A DNA stretch of 52,765 nucleotides from Rhodocyclaceae bacterium (GTDB taxonomy: Bacteria; Pseudomonadota; Gammaproteobacteria; Burkholderiales; Rhodocyclaceae): assembly GCA_003158255.1 (NCBI GenBank), contig PMIH01000030.1, positions 34,728 through 87,492 on the forward strand, written 5' to 3'. The notes below the pieces were generated by a model. It was not told where the DNA came from. It saw only the letters and a program-made list of their open reading frames with translations, and did no database searches. The position numbers and the translations under genes were made by a program. The first letter of the stretch is position 1. Each line of letters begins with the position of its first letter. This document shows positions 8,805-17,148 of this stretch, piece after piece.

Positions 8805-11042
8805 TCAGAACTTCAGGCTCAGTTTCGCCACCAGGGTGCGCGGCGCACCGGGGTAGTAGATAGCGCCGTTGGCGGTGGTATTCACTTCGTTCGTGACGAT
8901 CTGGCCGATATACTTGCGATCGAATGCGTTCAGCAGCGCAAGCGACGCATCCCAGTTGCCCCAGGAACTCTTGTGGCCATGGCTCAGCGTCAGGTCGGCG
9001 GTGAAGTAGCCGGGAACCCGCTCCGTGTATGTGGTCGTCGCCCAGCGCGGCCCGATGTATTGCAGGACAGGCGCCACCGTCACTCCTTGAAGACTCCAGG
9101 CCACGCCCAGGTTTGCCATCGTCTTTGGCACGTCGGGCAACTGCTTGCCGTTCACCGATAGCGGCGCATTGCCCGCGATATGCACGTCTTCGACGAAATA
9201 GGATCGGCTGTACGAGTAGGCGCCGAACACCCGCAAGATTTCGCTCGGTGTCCAGCCGGCCGCCAGCTGCAAGCCATCGGCTTTGGTATTGCCGACGTTC
9301 TCGGGAAGGACCAACTTGGTCGCCGGGTCGTAGACGCTCACCATCTTGTTGTGGGAGCGTGCGTAATACACCGTGGGATCGAGGTAGACGGTCCCGTACC
9401 GCAGGTGGCCGCCTAGGTCGAGGTTGGTGCTCAGTTCCGGACGAATTTGATCCCAGGTGCTTTGGGATTGACTGGACACGAAAACCGACAAAGCCGGTGC
9501 GCCGATGTTGCGTCCCAGGCTGGCGTGAACTTCCGCCGCCGGGCTGAATTCGTAGCTGAGGCCGATCTGCGGCAGCCAATAACCGTGGGATCGCCCGTCG
9601 ACGCTCTTGCTCGGATCCAGCGTCGCCCGTGCCAAGGCATCATCGGCCGAAACATCCCATGAGGCGCTATTGGTGTTCGTCGTTTTGTAGACATCGATGC
9701 TGGGCAACTTCTCCCACGCGTAGCGGGTACCTCCCTGAACCGTGATGGCATCGAAACGCCGCTGGCCGGTCAGGTAGAAGTTCTGGAACTCGTAGCGGTC
9801 CGCCACCTTGTCCAACAGGCTCCATTGCTGGAAGACCAGATTGCCGCCTGTCACCGAGTATTGCTTGCGCGTCGTCGGCGGCCCTGGCGGCTCGGAGGAC
9901 GTCCACGAATAGCCGAGCTTGATGTCGGTCTCCGCGAGCAGGGTACGCAACTCGCCGGTAAGTCCGTAGACCGAGTGGTCGATCAACCATTTCTGTACCT
10001 GGGTCGCCGAACCGCCAGCGTAGAGGTAGTAACCTTCCTCCGTCGTGTAGAAAGGCTTGAAGGCAAATGATGTCTGCGGCGAGAACGTATATTCAGCCTC
10101 GGCCAGCAGCGCCTGATTACGGAAGTCCTGGCGGTTATAGTTGTAGTGGTCGGAAGAAGCCGGATTATTGGAATAGTCGTAGCTGTTGTAGGCACCCAGA
10201 TTGGTCGCCTGAGCAAAAGTGAGGGGCTTATAGTTGTTCTGGGCTTGATCATTCTGCGCAAAGATCAGTTTCAGCCTGAGATTGTCGAACGCTTGCGCCA
10301 GCGCAACCTCGGCGTTGTCTCGGCTGGAAGGTGCCTTGCCAAAGCCGCGCCATTTGTTGGCCGACGTGTCCGAGGCCGAAACGAATAGCGCGGTGCCGGT
10401 GCTGAGAACCCCAGTGTCGAGGCGGGCAAAATAGCGTTGGAAATTTTCGCTGCCGAAACTGGCTGAAACCTCGCGCCTGGCCTCGGGACGAGGCCAAAGC
10501 AGTTCGCTATCAAGCGCACCAAAAGTGTTGAACAAGCCGCCGCGATCCGCCGCCACCACCCCTTCTGCGATGGAGACGTCGGCCAGATTTTCCTTGTCGA
10601 AGAGGAACAGGCTGCCAGGGCCAGGGCCGGGACCGCCGAGAGGAACACCATCGACCGTGCCCGTCGTGCCGTGCATACTGAGTTCTCCCCGCACACGTAT
10701 GCCCTTTTGGCCGCCCTGCATGTTGTTGAGGCCATAGGCATCAACGTTGGTCTCCATCACGCCGGGAACCAAGGCCACCGAGGTGTATGGGTTCGCCCCG
10801 CCGGGCCTATCGAAAAGACGCAGGGCTTCGCCACCAACCCGATAGACCGTATTCGGGCTGCCACGATCCAGCCGAATCCAGTCTGCTTCTTGTGGTGCCG
10901 GGGCAGTCACGATAACTGTGCCCAGGGTCTTGTCGTCCGCCGTGTCGTCCGCGTATCCGGTCCCGGTACAAAAAACAAAAGTGCTGGACAGGCCTGCCGT
11001 AAGCCATTTGTGCAATGCCCGCTTGTTCAAGCGCTGAATCAT
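8805..11042 (-). CDS. TonB-dependent outer-membrane receptor
   Basis: 745-aa ORF with a signal peptide, a plug domain and the C-terminal LVAKLSLKF. It is the first gene of a co-directional, tightly packed gene string running to the left window edge. Confidence 0.85.
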   Translation of the reverse strand: MIQRLNKRALHKWLTAGLSSTFVFCTGTGYADDTADDKTLGTVIVTAPAPQEADWIRLDRGSPNTVYRVGGEALRLFDRPGGANPYTSVALVPGVMETNVDAYGLNNMQGGQKGIRVRGELSMHGTTGTVDGVPLGGPGPGPGSLFLFDKENLADVSIAEGVVAADRGGLFNTFGALDSELLWPRPEARREVSASFGSENFQRYFARLDTGVLSTGTALFVSASDTSANKWRGFGKAPSSRDNAEVALAQAFDNLRLKLIFAQNDQAQNNYKPLTFAQATNLGAYNSYDYSNNPASSDHYNYNRQDFRNQALLAEAEYTFSPQTSFAFKPFYTTEEGYYLYAGGSATQVQKWLIDHSVYGLTGELRTLLAETDIKLGYSWTSSEPPGPPTTRKQYSVTGGNLVFQQWSLLDKVADRYEFQNFYLTGQRRFDAITVQGGTRYAWEKLPSIDVYKTTNTNSASWDVSADDALARATLDPSKSVDGRSHGYWLPQIGLSYEFSPAAEVHASLGRNIGAPALSVFVSSQSQSTWDQIRPELSTNLDLGGHLRYGTVYLDPTVYYARSHNKMVSVYDPATKLVLPENVGNTKADGLQLAAGWTPSEILRVFGAYSYSRSYFVEDVHIAGNAPLSVNGKQLPDVPKTMANLGVAWSLQGVTVAPVLQYIGPRWATTTYTERVPGYFTADLTLSHGHKSSWGNWDASLALLNAFDRKYIGQIVTNEVNTTANGAIYYPGAPRTLVAKLSLKF

Positions 11043-11144
11043 CGAATTTCCCCTTTTCCAAAACTGCCAGACTCTCCCTGAAGAATCAGGACTCCCTATA
11101 TGGCCGCATATATACCGACAACCACATGACCATATTTGCGTGAT

Positions 11145-11160
11145 GGCAAAACCCGTGCCA
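11145..11160 (-). promoter_or_regulatory. sigma-54 (-24/-12) promoter for the TonB/ABC operon
   Basis: The minus strand reads TGGCACGGGTTTTGCC. It has exact GG-N10-GC spacing and is near-consensus. It lies about 100 nt upstream of the receptor ATG at 11042. Confidence 0.6.
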
Positions 11161-11214
11161 AAAGCCCTACTGGCGCTATTTAAGGGATAACAGACTCAAC
11201 TGGCAATTCGATAT

Positions 11215-11228
11215 GTACGGAAGTGTAC
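11215..11228. promoter_or_regulatory. GTAC-N6-GTAC dyad (VnfA-type enhancer box)
   Basis: GTACGGAAGTGTAC. It sits about 55 nt upstream of the minus-strand sigma-54 promoter and about 100 nt upstream of the vnfA sigma-54 promoter. It matches the dyad I recall for A. vinelandii VnfA-dependent promoters. Confidence 0.55.
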
Positions 11229-11324
11229 AACGTTTGTCGCAATTCCCTCATCAAGTACTCCGGAACAACGTCAAACATCGCCGCCGAGCCGCAATCGACT
11301 GAATTTCCGTAATCTGACGGCGCA

Positions 11325-11340
11325 TGGCGCATCTTTTGCT
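11325..11340 (+). promoter_or_regulatory. sigma-54 promoter for vnfA
   Basis: TGGCGCATCTTTTGCT with GG-N10-GC spacing, 50 nt upstream of the vnfA ATG. Confidence 0.55.
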
Positions 11341-11347
11341 CATGGCA

Positions 11348-11372
11348 TCGTTATAGCGTGCGATATATATCG
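11348..11372. promoter_or_regulatory. Mo-box-like element (candidate ModE operator) over the vnfA transcription start region
   Basis: TCGTTATA-N10-TATATCG. The same pattern, TCGCTATA-N10-TATATCG, recurs at 33145-33169 in the mop/modE intergenic region. Both are AT-rich islands in GC-rich DNA. Confidence 0.5.
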
Positions 11373-11389
11373 CCACCCGAAAGACAGCC

Positions 11390-12955
11390 ATGAATTCTTC
11401 CGTACCTCACCTTTGCGAATGCGACCTCGGCGAATGCCGCACCGATCTATTGCCCTTGCTCTACGAGATGAGCCGGATCGTCACCGAGAGCAGCAACCTG
11501 TCGGCGACGCTGCAAATCCTGATTCGGCTGATGAAGCGTCACATGAAGGTGATCCGCGGCATGGTTACGCTTTACGACACCGACTCGGGAAAGATCTTCA
11601 TCCACGAGAGCTTCGGCCTGACCGAGGAGGAGGCGGCACGCGGCGTCTACTTCCTTGGCGAAGGCATTACCGGCCGTGCGGTCGAGACCGGTCAGACCAT
11701 CGTCGTACCGCGCATCAGCGACGAACCGGAATTTCTCAACCGAACCGGCAGCCGCAACGATCTTGCCGATTCGAAACTGTCATTCCTCTGCGTACCGATC
11801 ATGCGGGGCCGCAAGGTGATGGGCACCATCAGTGCGGAGCGCATCTACGACAACAGCCGCCTGCTCAAGCTGGACGTCGAGATCCTGTCCATCCTGGCCA
11901 CCACCACTGCCCAAGCGGTCGAGCTCTACCTGCTTGAAAACGTGCGCAAGGTGGAACTCGAAGCCGAAAACCGCCGACTGCTCAACGCGCTGAAGGAAAA
12001 GTTCAAGCCGGACAACATCATCGGCAATTCGAAGCCGATGCAGGAGGTGTACAAACTGATCGAGAAGGTGCGGCGCTCCCGCACTACGGTGCTGATCCTG
12101 GGCGAGAGCGGGGTCGGCAAGGAGCGAGTGGCGCACGCCATCCACTACAACAGCCCCAATAGCGCAGGCCCGTTCGTCATCTTCAATTGCGCCGCTCTGC
12201 CGGAGACCGTCATCGAAAGCGAACTGTTCGGCCACGAGAAAGGCTCCTTTACGGGCGCAACCAACCTGCGCAAGGGCCGCTTCGAGGAAGCGGACGGCGG
12301 TACCATCTTTCTCGACGAGATCGGCGAACTGTCGCTGTCGATGCAGGCGAAACTCCTGCGGGTGCTGCAAGAGAAGTCCTTCGAGCGGGTCGGCGGCAAT
12401 ACCACCATCAAGGTGGAACTGCGGGTACTCGCCGCCACCAACCGCGACCTGCCCGACATGGTCGCCAACGGCTCTTTCCGCGAGGACCTGTATTACCGCC
12501 TCAACGTCTTTCCGATCACCATTCCGCCGCTACGCGAACGCGGCAACGACATCGTCGCGTTGGCCGACTACTTCGTCGCCAAATTTGCCAGCGAAATGGG
12601 TATCGACGTTCACCGCATTTCCACCCCGGCACTGAACATGCTGCTCTGCTATCACTGGCCCGGCAACGTGCGCGAACTGGAGAACGTCATCGAGCGTGCG
12701 ATGCTGCTCGCCGACGACGGCGTGATTCATGGCTACAACCTGCCACCTTCCCTGCAAACGCCAGTGGTGTCGGAAATTGCCGGCGGCGGAAGTCTTGAAG
12801 CGCGCCTCGGCACCGTCGAATACGAGATGATCGTCGAGGCGCTGAAGCTCCATCACGGCAACATGACCGATGCGGCCGCCCAACTCGGCCTGACGCGGCG
12901 CATCCTCGGTCTGCGCATGTCGAAGTACAAGCTCGACCACAAGGAGTATCGCTGA
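11390..12955 (+). CDS. vnfA: sigma-54-dependent transcriptional activator VnfA
   Basis: 521 aa with an N-terminal CECDLGEC (CxCxxxxC) motif characteristic of VnfA. It has a GAF-like domain, an AAA+ core (GESGVGKE, GAFTGA-type ESELFGHEKGSFTGA) and a C-terminal HTH. Confidence 0.9.
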   Translation: MNSSVPHLCECDLGECRTDLLPLLYEMSRIVTESSNLSATLQILIRLMKRHMKVIRGMVTLYDTDSGKIFIHESFGLTEEEAARGVYFLGEGITGRAVETGQTIVVPRISDEPEFLNRTGSRNDLADSKLSFLCVPIMRGRKVMGTISAERIYDNSRLLKLDVEILSILATTTAQAVELYLLENVRKVELEAENRRLLNALKEKFKPDNIIGNSKPMQEVYKLIEKVRRSRTTVLILGESGVGKERVAHAIHYNSPNSAGPFVIFNCAALPETVIESELFGHEKGSFTGATNLRKGRFEEADGGTIFLDEIGELSLSMQAKLLRVLQEKSFERVGGNTTIKVELRVLAATNRDLPDMVANGSFREDLYYRLNVFPITIPPLRERGNDIVALADYFVAKFASEMGIDVHRISTPALNMLLCYHWPGNVRELENVIERAMLLADDGVIHGYNLPPSLQTPVVSEIAGGGSLEARLGTVEYEMIVEALKLHHGNMTDAAAQLGLTRRILGLRMSKYKLDHKEYR

Positions 12956-12963
12956 ATGAATTC

Positions 12964-12977
12964 GTACGGAAACGTGC
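12964..12977. promoter_or_regulatory. degenerate VnfA-type box
   Basis: GTACGGAAACGTGC, with one mismatch in the right half. It lies 41 nt upstream of the next box. Confidence 0.4.
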
Positions 12978-13004
12978 GTCCCTTTCTGCGAATGGTTCCG
13001 AACC

Positions 13005-13018
13005 GTACGGAAATGTAC
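13005..13018. promoter_or_regulatory. GTAC-N6-GTAC dyad (VnfA-type box)
   Basis: GTACGGAAATGTAC, about 25 nt upstream of the sigma-54 element at 13041. Confidence 0.55.
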
Positions 13019-13040
13019 GCAAGAACCGGCTCTGATGGCA

Positions 13041-13056
13041 TGGTCCGATGCTTGCA
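13041..13056 (+). promoter_or_regulatory. sigma-54 promoter for the Cys-rich ORF-vnfENX-nfu operon
   Basis: TGGTCCGATGCTTGCA with GG-N10-GC spacing and a good -12 TTGCA. It is 38 nt upstream of the ATG at 13094. Confidence 0.5.
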
Positions 13057-13093
13057 ACATCAGCTTGTCCGCTTGCCCAACGAGGAGTGCGCC

Positions 13094-13495
13094 ATGCCAA
13101 ACGACATCACCGCGAATACCGCCGCGACGATCGCCACATGCAAGATCTGCACGATACGGCTGGAGCAGATCTGCTACCGGCGTGCCTGGTGGTTTCGTGT
13201 CTTCCGCGAGGTGCTTGCCACGGGCATACGTATCTTTGCGCTCGCCTACGGCATGCGTGCAAGCGAGCATCCGCCGCGTTCGCCCATGTGCCACCGCTGC
13301 CTGCGCTTTCGCAAAAACGCGCTCAAGGCGCGCTCACCGCTCTTCACCTGGCTCGACGGCTACCTCAATCCAATCTTCAATCGCGTCCGCGATTCGCTGC
13401 TGACGCCCGAAGAACTCGAACAGGCTCGCGATCTGGCGAGCCGTGCCGCCACGACTGACTTTTACGACAAACCCGTCGCCACGCGCTCGCACTGA
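13094..13495 (+). CDS. hypothetical Cys-rich protein (two CxxC pairs, one amphipathic/hydrophobic segment)
   Basis: Trimmed to the ATG at 13094, which is preceded by GAGGAG; 133 aa. Contains CKIC ... CHRC and WWFRVFREVLATGIRIFALAYG. It is the first ORF downstream of the sigma-54 promoter and 33 nt before vnfE. I recognise no family. Confidence 0.5.
   Translation: MPNDITANTAATIATCKICTIRLEQICYRRAWWFRVFREVLATGIRIFALAYGMRASEHPPRSPMCHRCLRFRKNALKARSPLFTWLDGYLNPIFNRVRDSLLTPEELEQARDLASRAATTDFYDKPVATRSH
13439..13463 (-). repeat. dispersed 25-bp motif copy
   Basis: Motif strand: AAAAGTCAG TCGT GGCGGCACGGCT. It is antisense to the 3' part of the Cys-rich ORF. Confidence 0.6.
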
Positions 13496-13528
13496 CCCGC
13501 CACCCGACCATTCGCTACGGAGATTCCC

Positions 13529-14929
13529 ATGAGCGCCAAAGACATCCAGGTCCTGTTCGACGAGCCCGCCTGCGACCACAACCAGGGCGCCAAGACCGGC
13601 TGTGCCAAGGGTCAGCCAGGCGCCACGCAGGGCGGCTGTGCCTTCGATGGCGCCCAGATCGCGCTGCTGCCAATTGCCGACGCCGCCCACATCGTGCACG
13701 GTCCCATCGGCTGTGCCGGTAGCTCGTGGGATGCGCGCGGCACGCGCTCCTCGGGGCCGACGCTCTATCGCACCGGAATGACCACCGATCTCACCAACAT
13801 CGACGTCGTCATGGGCCAGGGCGAGAAGCGCCTGTTCTTCTCGATCAAGGAAGCCATCGACAACTACCAGCCTGCCGCGATATTCATCTACGCCACCTGC
13901 GTCACCGCCATGCAGGGCGACGACCTCAATGCCGTGGCCAAAGCCGCGACCGAACGCTGGGGCGTGCCGGTAATCCCGGTCGATTGCGCCGGCTTCTATG
14001 GCGGCAAGAACTTCGGCAACCGCATCGGCGGCGACGCACTGTTGAAGCACGTCATCGGCACCCGCGAACCCGAGACGGTGTCGCCCGAGGCCGAGCGTCC
14101 CGGCATTCGCGTGCACGACATCAACCTGATCGGCGAGTACAACATCGTCGGCGAATTCTGGCAGGTGGCGCCTCTGTTCGATGAACTCGGGCTACGCATT
14201 CTGTGCACCCTCTCGGGCGACTCGCGCTTCCGCGAGGTTCAGAGCATGCATCGCGCCGAGGTCAACATGGTGGTCTGCTCCAAGGCCATGCTCAATGTCG
14301 CCCGCCAACTTCAAGAGAACCATGGCACGCCCTTCTTCGAAGGCAGCTTTTACGGTATCGCCGACACCTCGCAGGCACTGCGCGACTTTGCCTGCCTGCT
14401 CGGCGACGGCGAACTCGCTGACCGTACCGAAGCCCTGATTGCGCGCGAGGAAGCAGCGGCACACGCCACGCTCGCGCCCTGGCGCAAGCGCCTCACCGGC
14501 AAGCGCGCGCTGGTGTTCTCGGGCGGAGTGAAGTCCTGGTCAGCGGTCTCGGCCTTGCAGGACCTCGGCATGACGGTCGTCGCCACGGGCACCGAGAAAT
14601 CCACCGAGGAGGACCGTGCACGCATTCGCGAACTGATGGGTGAAGACGCGCGCATGATCGACGACAACGACCAGGGTGCGCTGATGGCAACCTGCCGAGA
14701 AGTCGGCGCCGACATCCTGATCGCGGGTGGCCGCTACCTGCAAGCCTCGCTCAAGTGCGGCCTGCCCTTCCTCGACATCAACCACGAACGCGACTTCGGC
14801 TACGCCAGCTACACCGGCATCGTCGAGCTTGCCCGGCAGCTCTGCTACGCGATCGAAAACCCGATCTGGCCGCAGCTTCATCGTCCCGCGCCGTGGCCGC
14901 AAATGCATGTAGCGGCCAGCGCTGTCTAA
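13529..14929 (+). CDS. vnfE: FeV-cofactor biosynthesis scaffold subunit VnfE (NifE homologue)
   Basis: 466 aa with motifs [34 protein letters not shown] and VVCSKAM. Position follows vnfA, as in known vnf clusters. Confidence 0.85.
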   Translation: MSAKDIQVLFDEPACDHNQGAKTGCAKGQPGATQGGCAFDGAQIALLPIADAAHIVHGPIGCAGSSWDARGTRSSGPTLYRTGMTTDLTNIDVVMGQGEKRLFFSIKEAIDNYQPAAIFIYATCVTAMQGDDLNAVAKAATERWGVPVIPVDCAGFYGGKNFGNRIGGDALLKHVIGTREPETVSPEAERPGIRVHDINLIGEYNIVGEFWQVAPLFDELGLRILCTLSGDSRFREVQSMHRAEVNMVVCSKAMLNVARQLQENHGTPFFEGSFYGIADTSQALRDFACLLGDGELADRTEALIAREEAAAHATLAPWRKRLTGKRALVFSGGVKSWSAVSALQDLGMTVVATGTEKSTEEDRARIRELMGEDARMIDDNDQGALMATCREVGADILIAGGRYLQASLKCGLPFLDINHERDFGYASYTGIVELARQLCYAIENPIWPQLHRPAPWPQMHVAASAV

Positions 14930-14939
14930 GGAGACCACC

Positions 14940-16316
14940 ATGACCACCATCATCCCGACCGACAAGGCCCTGGCCGTCAATCCGATCAAGGTCAGCCAGC
15001 CGATGGGCGCGACGCTGGCCTTTCTCGGCATCGCCGCCGCCATGCCGCTCGAACACGGCGCGCAAGGCTGCACGGCCTTCAGCAAGGCTTTCTTCACCCG
15101 CCACTTCCGAGAGCCCATACCCCTGCAAACGACGGCGATGGATCATCTCGTCACCATCGTCGGTTCCGACAACAACGTCATCACCGCGCTGAAGAATGTG
15201 GCCGACATCAATCGGCCCGAAGTGATCGGTCTCGTCACCACCGGCCTCACCGAAACGCAAGGTGCCGACATCGGCCGAACCATCAAGGAATTCCGGACGG
15301 CTCATCCCCGGCACGCCAACATCGCGGTGGTACCGGTTGGCACGCCCGATACCGAGGGCTGCCTGGAATCCGGTTTTGCGCTGGCCGTCGAAGCCATGGT
15401 CGCCACGCTGGTCCCCGAGAGCAACCGCGTCGGACACCGGCCACGCCAGGTCAACGTGCTTGCGTCGGCCATGCTCACGCCCGGCGATGTCCAGGCAATC
15501 GGCGAGTGGATCGAGGCCTTCGATCTCGACCCGGTGATCCTGCCCGACCTCGGTGACGCCATGGATGGTCACTTGGAGGAACTGGGTTACTCGACGCTGA
15601 CCGCCGGTGGCACGCCACGCTGGTGCATCGCGATGATGGGCGAGTCGGTGGCAACTTTGGTGATCGGCAAATCGATGCATCGCGCTGCCGATCTCCTCCA
15701 GCGGCGTACCGCCGTACCTGACTTTCGCTTCGACAGCTTGATGGGCCTCGAAGCCTGCGACGCCTTTACCGCAACGCTGCGCCGCATCGCCGGCTCGCTG
15801 GTACCTAAGCGCATAGAACGCCAGCGCGCCCAATTGCGGGATGCCATGGTCGACTGCCACCTTCAGTTCGGCGGCACACGCGTCGCCATCGCCGCCGATC
15901 CCGACCTGCTGGCCTCGCTGGTACGTTTCTTCGCCAGCATCGGCATCGAGCCGGTCGCTGCTGTCGCCGCCGCACGTAGCGGTGTCCTCGCCGAGCTGCC
16001 CATCGAGTCAGTGCTCATCGGCGACCTGGAAGACCTCGAACGAAATGCGCGTGCTGCGGATGTCGATTTGCTGGTGGCCAACTCACACGCTGCCGAAGCG
16101 GCCCGTCGCCTTGGCCTGCCGCTATTGCGAGCCGGCTTCCCGCTCTACGACCAGTTCGGCGGCTTCGCGCGGCGCTGGGTCGGCTATGCGGGATCGAGGC
16201 AAGCAATCTTCGACGCCGCCAACCTGATTGTCGGCAAGCGCCGCGAAATCGCGCCCTACCGCTCGATCTACTGGCAAGGCACATCGCGCGCCACCGAGAC
16301 CGCGACGCTGCACTGA
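14940..16316 (+). CDS. vnfN: FeV-cofactor biosynthesis scaffold subunit VnfN (NifN homologue)
   Basis: 458 aa, NifN/K-like (PLEHGAQGCTAFSK), immediately downstream of vnfE. Confidence 0.85.
   Translation: MTTIIPTDKALAVNPIKVSQPMGATLAFLGIAAAMPLEHGAQGCTAFSKAFFTRHFREPIPLQTTAMDHLVTIVGSDNNVITALKNVADINRPEVIGLVTTGLTETQGADIGRTIKEFRTAHPRHANIAVVPVGTPDTEGCLESGFALAVEAMVATLVPESNRVGHRPRQVNVLASAMLTPGDVQAIGEWIEAFDLDPVILPDLGDAMDGHLEELGYSTLTAGGTPRWCIAMMGESVATLVIGKSMHRAADLLQRRTAVPDFRFDSLMGLEACDAFTATLRRIAGSLVPKRIERQRAQLRDAMVDCHLQFGGTRVAIAADPDLLASLVRFFASIGIEPVAAVAAARSGVLAELPIESVLIGDLEDLERNARAADVDLLVANSHAAEAARRLGLPLLRAGFPLYDQFGGFARRWVGYAGSRQAIFDAANLIVGKRREIAPYRSIYWQGTSRATETATLH
15702..15726 (-). repeat. dispersed 25-bp motif copy
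   Basis: Motif strand: GAAAGTCAG GTAC GGCGGTACGCCG. It is antisense within vnfN. Confidence 0.7.
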
Positions 16317-16327
16317 GGAGCTTCATT

Positions 16328-16879
16328 ATGCTCAAGATCGCATTTGCCACGACCGACAAAACGCACGTCGATCTGCACTTCGGCGCCGGCGAACGCTTCG
16401 TCATCTACGACGTTGCACCCGGCGAAGCCGAATTGGTCGCCGAGGGAGAATTCGTCCCGGCCGTCATGAAAGGCGAAAACCGATTCAAGTCGCTGGCCAA
16501 GGGCGAGATGATCGTCCCCGGCGAGGAAGCGCAAGCCAAACCGGGCGAACTTGACAAGCCACCGGAGGACAAGGTCGTCGCCAAACTGGAATTCCTGCAA
16601 GGCTGCGCCGCCGTCTATGCCGCCTCGATCGGCACCTCGTCGATCAAGCGTCTGATGGCGGCCGGCATTCAGCCCATCATCGTCGACAACGGCCACGACA
16701 TCGTCGACCTTCTAAACGAAGTCAGCCTCGCCCTCGCCCAGGGCGGCCTGGCCTGGGTCGAAAAAGCCAAGGCAAAACCAAAAGCGGCCAACCGCTTCGA
16801 CACCATGATGGCCGAAGGCTGGCACGACGGCGAGGGAACGCGCCACAGCCTGATTACCTCGATCGACGATCTGGATTGA
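16328..16879 (+). CDS. vnfX: NifX-family cofactor carrier VnfX
   Basis: 183 aa. MLKIAFATTDKTHVDLHFGAGERFVIYDV is a NifX/NafY-type N-terminus. It follows vnfEN. Confidence 0.7.
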   Translation: MLKIAFATTDKTHVDLHFGAGERFVIYDVAPGEAELVAEGEFVPAVMKGENRFKSLAKGEMIVPGEEAQAKPGELDKPPEDKVVAKLEFLQGCAAVYAASIGTSSIKRLMAAGIQPIIVDNGHDIVDLLNEVSLALAQGGLAWVEKAKAKPKAANRFDTMMAEGWHDGEGTRHSLITSIDDLD

Positions 16880-16881
16880 TC

Positions 16882-17148
16882 ATGAGCGAAGAAGATGTCA
16901 TCCCCGAGGTTGCCCGCAACGCCGAACCTCACCGGGAACTGATCGCCGCCACGATCGAGTCGCTGCGACCCGTCGTTCAGAAAGACGGCGGCGACCTCGA
17001 ACTCGTCAAAATAGAACGCGACCGCGTTTTGGTGCGCCTCTCGGGCGCGTGCACGACCTGCGCCTTCGCCGGGCATACGCTAGGCGGCGTGCGTCGGCGA
17101 CTGGTGGAGGTGCTGGGCTTTCCGGTGCGGGTGGTGCCAGCCACCTAA
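16882..17148 (+). CDS. Nfu / NifU C-terminal-domain Fe-S assembly protein
   Basis: ATG at 16882 (the ORF track uses TTG at 16876). LVKIERDRVLVRLSGACTTCAFAG carries the Nfu CxxC motif. Confidence 0.65.
   Translation: MSEEDVIPEVARNAEPHRELIAATIESLRPVVQKDGGDLELVKIERDRVLVRLSGACTTCAFAGHTLGGVRRRLVEVLGFPVRVVPAT

Noticed and set aside
5884-9579. The 619-aa (5884-7743) and 606-aa (7759-9579) ORF-track entries, and the 547-aa entry (36450-38093), as single large proteins.
   Set aside because: Only the 3' portions match protein families (ABC ATPase, Peripla_BP_2 binder, ModC). The 5' portions overlap neighbouring genes in other frames. Internal starts with ATGA/GTGA coupling give normal-length proteins.
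11043-11144. The leader of about 90 nt ahead of the first TonB-receptor operon as a riboswitch (cobalamin or similar), and its AT-rich CATATATA...CATAT stretch as a Fur or Mo box.
   Set aside because: It is too short for a cobalamin element and I recognise no B12-box-like core. Only a 5-bp hairpin is present. The AT-rich stretch does not match the TCGYTATA-N10-TATATCG pattern or a Fur consensus.
11255-11266. GTACTCCGGAAC between the 11215 box and the vnfA promoter as a further VnfA box.
   Set aside because: The half-site spacing is N4 rather than N6. It shares CCGGAAC with other boxes but does not fit the dyad.
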